Below, piece by piece: positions 48,128 through 50,056 of a DNA stretch of 50,056 nucleotides. Source of the DNA: Pseudomonadota bacterium. GTDB taxonomy: Bacteria; Bdellovibrionota_B; Oligoflexia; Oligoflexales; CAIYRB01. The stretch spans positions 1 to 50,056 of the forward strand of contig JANOTL010000047.1 of assembly GCA_031416315.1 (NCBI GenBank), written 5' to 3'. The notes under the pieces were generated by a model. It was not told the origin of the DNA and made no database searches. It saw nothing but the letters and a program-made list of their open reading frames with translations. A program made the translations under genes and the position numbers. Each line of letters starts with the position of its first letter. Position 1 is the first letter of the stretch.

Positions 48128-49116
48128 GCGAGCCACAGCCGACGAAGGCGAAGATCGTCTTCGCCTGCGCCCTGCTCGCGGGCTTCGTTCTGTCCTCGCT
48201 CGTCAGCTTGCTCGACGGCAATTACGTCACGCCGGTCTTCTGGTCGCCCTACATCATCGGCTTCATTTTCGGCGTCTCCAGCACGCACCAAGCCTATCGC
48301 AACACGGTCGTGGCCTACGTCGCCGTCGTCCTCGTCCTCCTCGCGACGTTCCGGGAAGGCGCGGCATGCATGGCGATGGCCACGCCGCTTCTCTTGCCGC
48401 TCTGCCTCGCCGGCACGTTCTCCGGCCGCCTCACCGGAGGCATCGTCAAGAGCCGCCGCGCGCGCAAGACCAGCGCCGTTCTCGTCTTTTTGGCCCTCGG
48501 CGGCTGGCAGGCGGCGGCCATGGCCCTCGACGACGCCCGCACTCATCCGTGGCACGAGGTGCGCGCTGCGATCGACGTCGGGACGACCCCGGACGGCGTC
48601 TTCGCCCTCCTCACCGACCCGCGCGGACTCGAGATCGGCGGCGCCTGGCCGAAGGTCCTCGACGTCGGCCTCCCGATTCCAGAGCGCATGGTCGTGCAGA
48701 CGCCGGGCGAGAACGGCCTGATCCGCTTCGACTTCAACCACGGCAAGGTCGAAGCGAAGATCGTCGCGTGGCGACCGGGAAGGCTTCTGAGCTTCTCGCC
48801 GGCGCGCTTCGAGCTCGACGATCCGCCGTTCTTCCACACGCGCTTAGGCGACGGCCCGCACCGCGGCCTCAAAACGGAGCGCGTCACCGATTGGCTGACG
48901 TTCGGTGTCCTCTCCTATGAGATCGAGCCGCGCGAAGGCGGCGGGAGCCGGCTCACGCGCGTGACGCGCTTCCAGCGTCATCTGTTCCCTAGCTTCTATT
49001 TCGAGAACCTCCAGACGGCGGTGATCGAAGCCGGGTCAAAGAGCTTGCTCGAAAAGCTGGGGCGGCGTCTGGAGCCTGAGAAGGCCGTCGCCGCGCGGGC
49101 CTTCAGGGCGCCTTGA
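48058..49116 (+). CDS. Membrane protein with C-terminal SRPBCC domain
   Basis: TM region with REGAACMAMATPL; C-terminal IVAWRPGRLLSF...YEIEPREGGGSRLTR. Confidence 0.75.
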   Translation: MASDSTLPPGTHASPDGRYGAPLSEPQPTKAKIVFACALLAGFVLSSLVSLLDGNYVTPVFWSPYIIGFIFGVSSTHQAYRNTVVAYVAVVLVLLATFREGAACMAMATPLLLPLCLAGTFSGRLTGGIVKSRRARKTSAVLVFLALGGWQAAAMALDDARTHPWHEVRAAIDVGTTPDGVFALLTDPRGLEIGGAWPKVLDVGLPIPERMVVQTPGENGLIRFDFNHGKVEAKIVAWRPGRLLSFSPARFELDDPPFFHTRLGDGPHRGLKTERVTDWLTFGVLSYEIEPREGGGSRLTRVTRFQRHLFPSFYFENLQTAVIEAGSKSLLEKLGRRLEPEKAVAARAFRAP

Positions 49117-49912
49117 GGAAATCGAGAAGCTTCTGCTTGTCGGCCGGCGTCATTTTCTTCCCGAGCGGCATCGTGTCGTTGCTCACGCGCTCGGTGATCG
49201 ACAGAGCCTGCGCCTTCACGTTCGCCTCGTTGTCGACGTACTTCGGCAAGCTCGCCGTCGGGCCGTGGCAGCCGCCGCCGTCGCAGCTCGCCTTGATGAT
49301 CGGGTTGATGTCGGCCATGAACGGCGACGGCTTGACGTCGACCGGCGCGCTGGAGACCTTGCCCTCCAGGATCGCCTTCAGGTCGATCTTGCACGCCTCG
49401 GCGCTGCCGCTCCCCGGGGCCTGGTCGACGAGGCCGGAGACGCTGACGTCGGTGTAGAGCGTCTTGTGGTCCGCGCGCTTGATCAGGTGCGCGGCGATTT
49501 CGCCGTCGCCCGAGCCCCGCGAGCAGCCGTAGATGGAGTAACCGGTGGTCAAGAACGGATTGAAGCGCTCGTCCAGGGATTCCGGCGCCGCCGGAAAGCG
49601 CGCCTTGATCGCCTCGATGTTGCAGCACCAGTCGACCAGCGTCTTGCCGCAGGCCCCGGCCTCATCGCCGGAGCCGCTGCCGCTGCCGCCCTCGAGCGTC
49701 GGCACCCAGGCCTTCTTCTTCGTGCCGCATTCTTCCCATTTTTCCACGAGCGATTGGATGACCGCCTTCTCGTCGGCCGATCCCGAGCCGCTCGAGTCGT
49801 CAGAGCTCGAGACGTTCTTCTTTTTGCCCTTTTTAGACGAGCTTCCCGGCGCTTCGAGCACCTCGTCGGAGCACGAAAAAATCAAGAGCGATAGGAGGAT
49901 GAGCGTACGCAT
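49103..49912 (-). CDS. Lipoprotein with C-terminal mono-heme cytochrome c-like domain
   Basis: Lipobox-like IFSC; CDGGGCH and distal MP; ATG coupled to the upstream TAA (TAATG). Confidence 0.75.
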   Translation of the reverse strand: MRTLILLSLLIFSCSDEVLEAPGSSSKKGKKKNVSSSDDSSGSGSADEKAVIQSLVEKWEECGTKKKAWVPTLEGGSGSGSGDEAGACGKTLVDWCCNIEAIKARFPAAPESLDERFNPFLTTGYSIYGCSRGSGDGEIAAHLIKRADHKTLYTDVSVSGLVDQAPGSGSAEACKIDLKAILEGKVSSAPVDVKPSPFMADINPIIKASCDGGGCHGPTASLPKYVDNEANVKAQALSITERVSNDTMPLGKKMTPADKQKLLDFLKAP

Positions 49913-50056
49913 TAGAGCAGTTGCCAATCCGGGCTGAGGCAGATGGTCATGATCAGAAAGCGCCAGCCGTCGAAGCCGGCGCCGCCTTCGGAGGCCTTTT
50001 TGACGACCGCCATCAGCGCGTTCTTGACGTCCTCGGTCGGCTCGCCGCCCGGGTAG
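49912..50056 (-). CDS. 3' end of a gene running off the window
   Basis: ...YPGGEPTEDVKNALMAVVKKASEGGAGFDGWRFLIMTICLSPDWQLL*, not in the supplied ORF track. Confidence 0.7.
   Translation of the reverse strand, partial: YPGGEPTEDVKNALMAVVKKASEGGAGFDGWRFLIMTICLSPDWQLL

Overview
High-GC bacterial chromosomal window. Gene content (FapA, STAS/Zn-ribbon-cheA-cheW, giant TPR protein, DUF1501 cluster, CPAF-like fragment, many lipoproteins) suggests a Bdellovibrionota/Oligoflexia-like organism (inference). Recognisable genes: pfkA, rlmN, fapA-like (DUF342), pseudo-receiver-PilZ, tlyA, DUF4301, parA-like, cheW, cheA, M28 peptidase, eno, pepA, a DMT transporter and the four-gene ligase-associated DNA repair operon. 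Also present: a complete ~1.03 kb IS1-like element with terminal inverted repeats and a 9-bp target duplication, two orphan C-terminal gene remnants, and a Tat-DUF1501/c-type cytochrome operon. No rRNA, tRNA or CRISPR array was seen. Most unusual signals: (i) REP-like 9-mer-periodic hairpins and in-frame 6-mer repeats, each within a strand-specific cytosine-depleted zone that rewrites synonymous codons nearby; (ii) a CheA lacking P2 but carrying tandem N-terminal acidic helices; (iii) about eight sigma28-type promoters, several in front of non-flagellar secreted proteins. All family calls come from motif recognition by eye; no searches were run.
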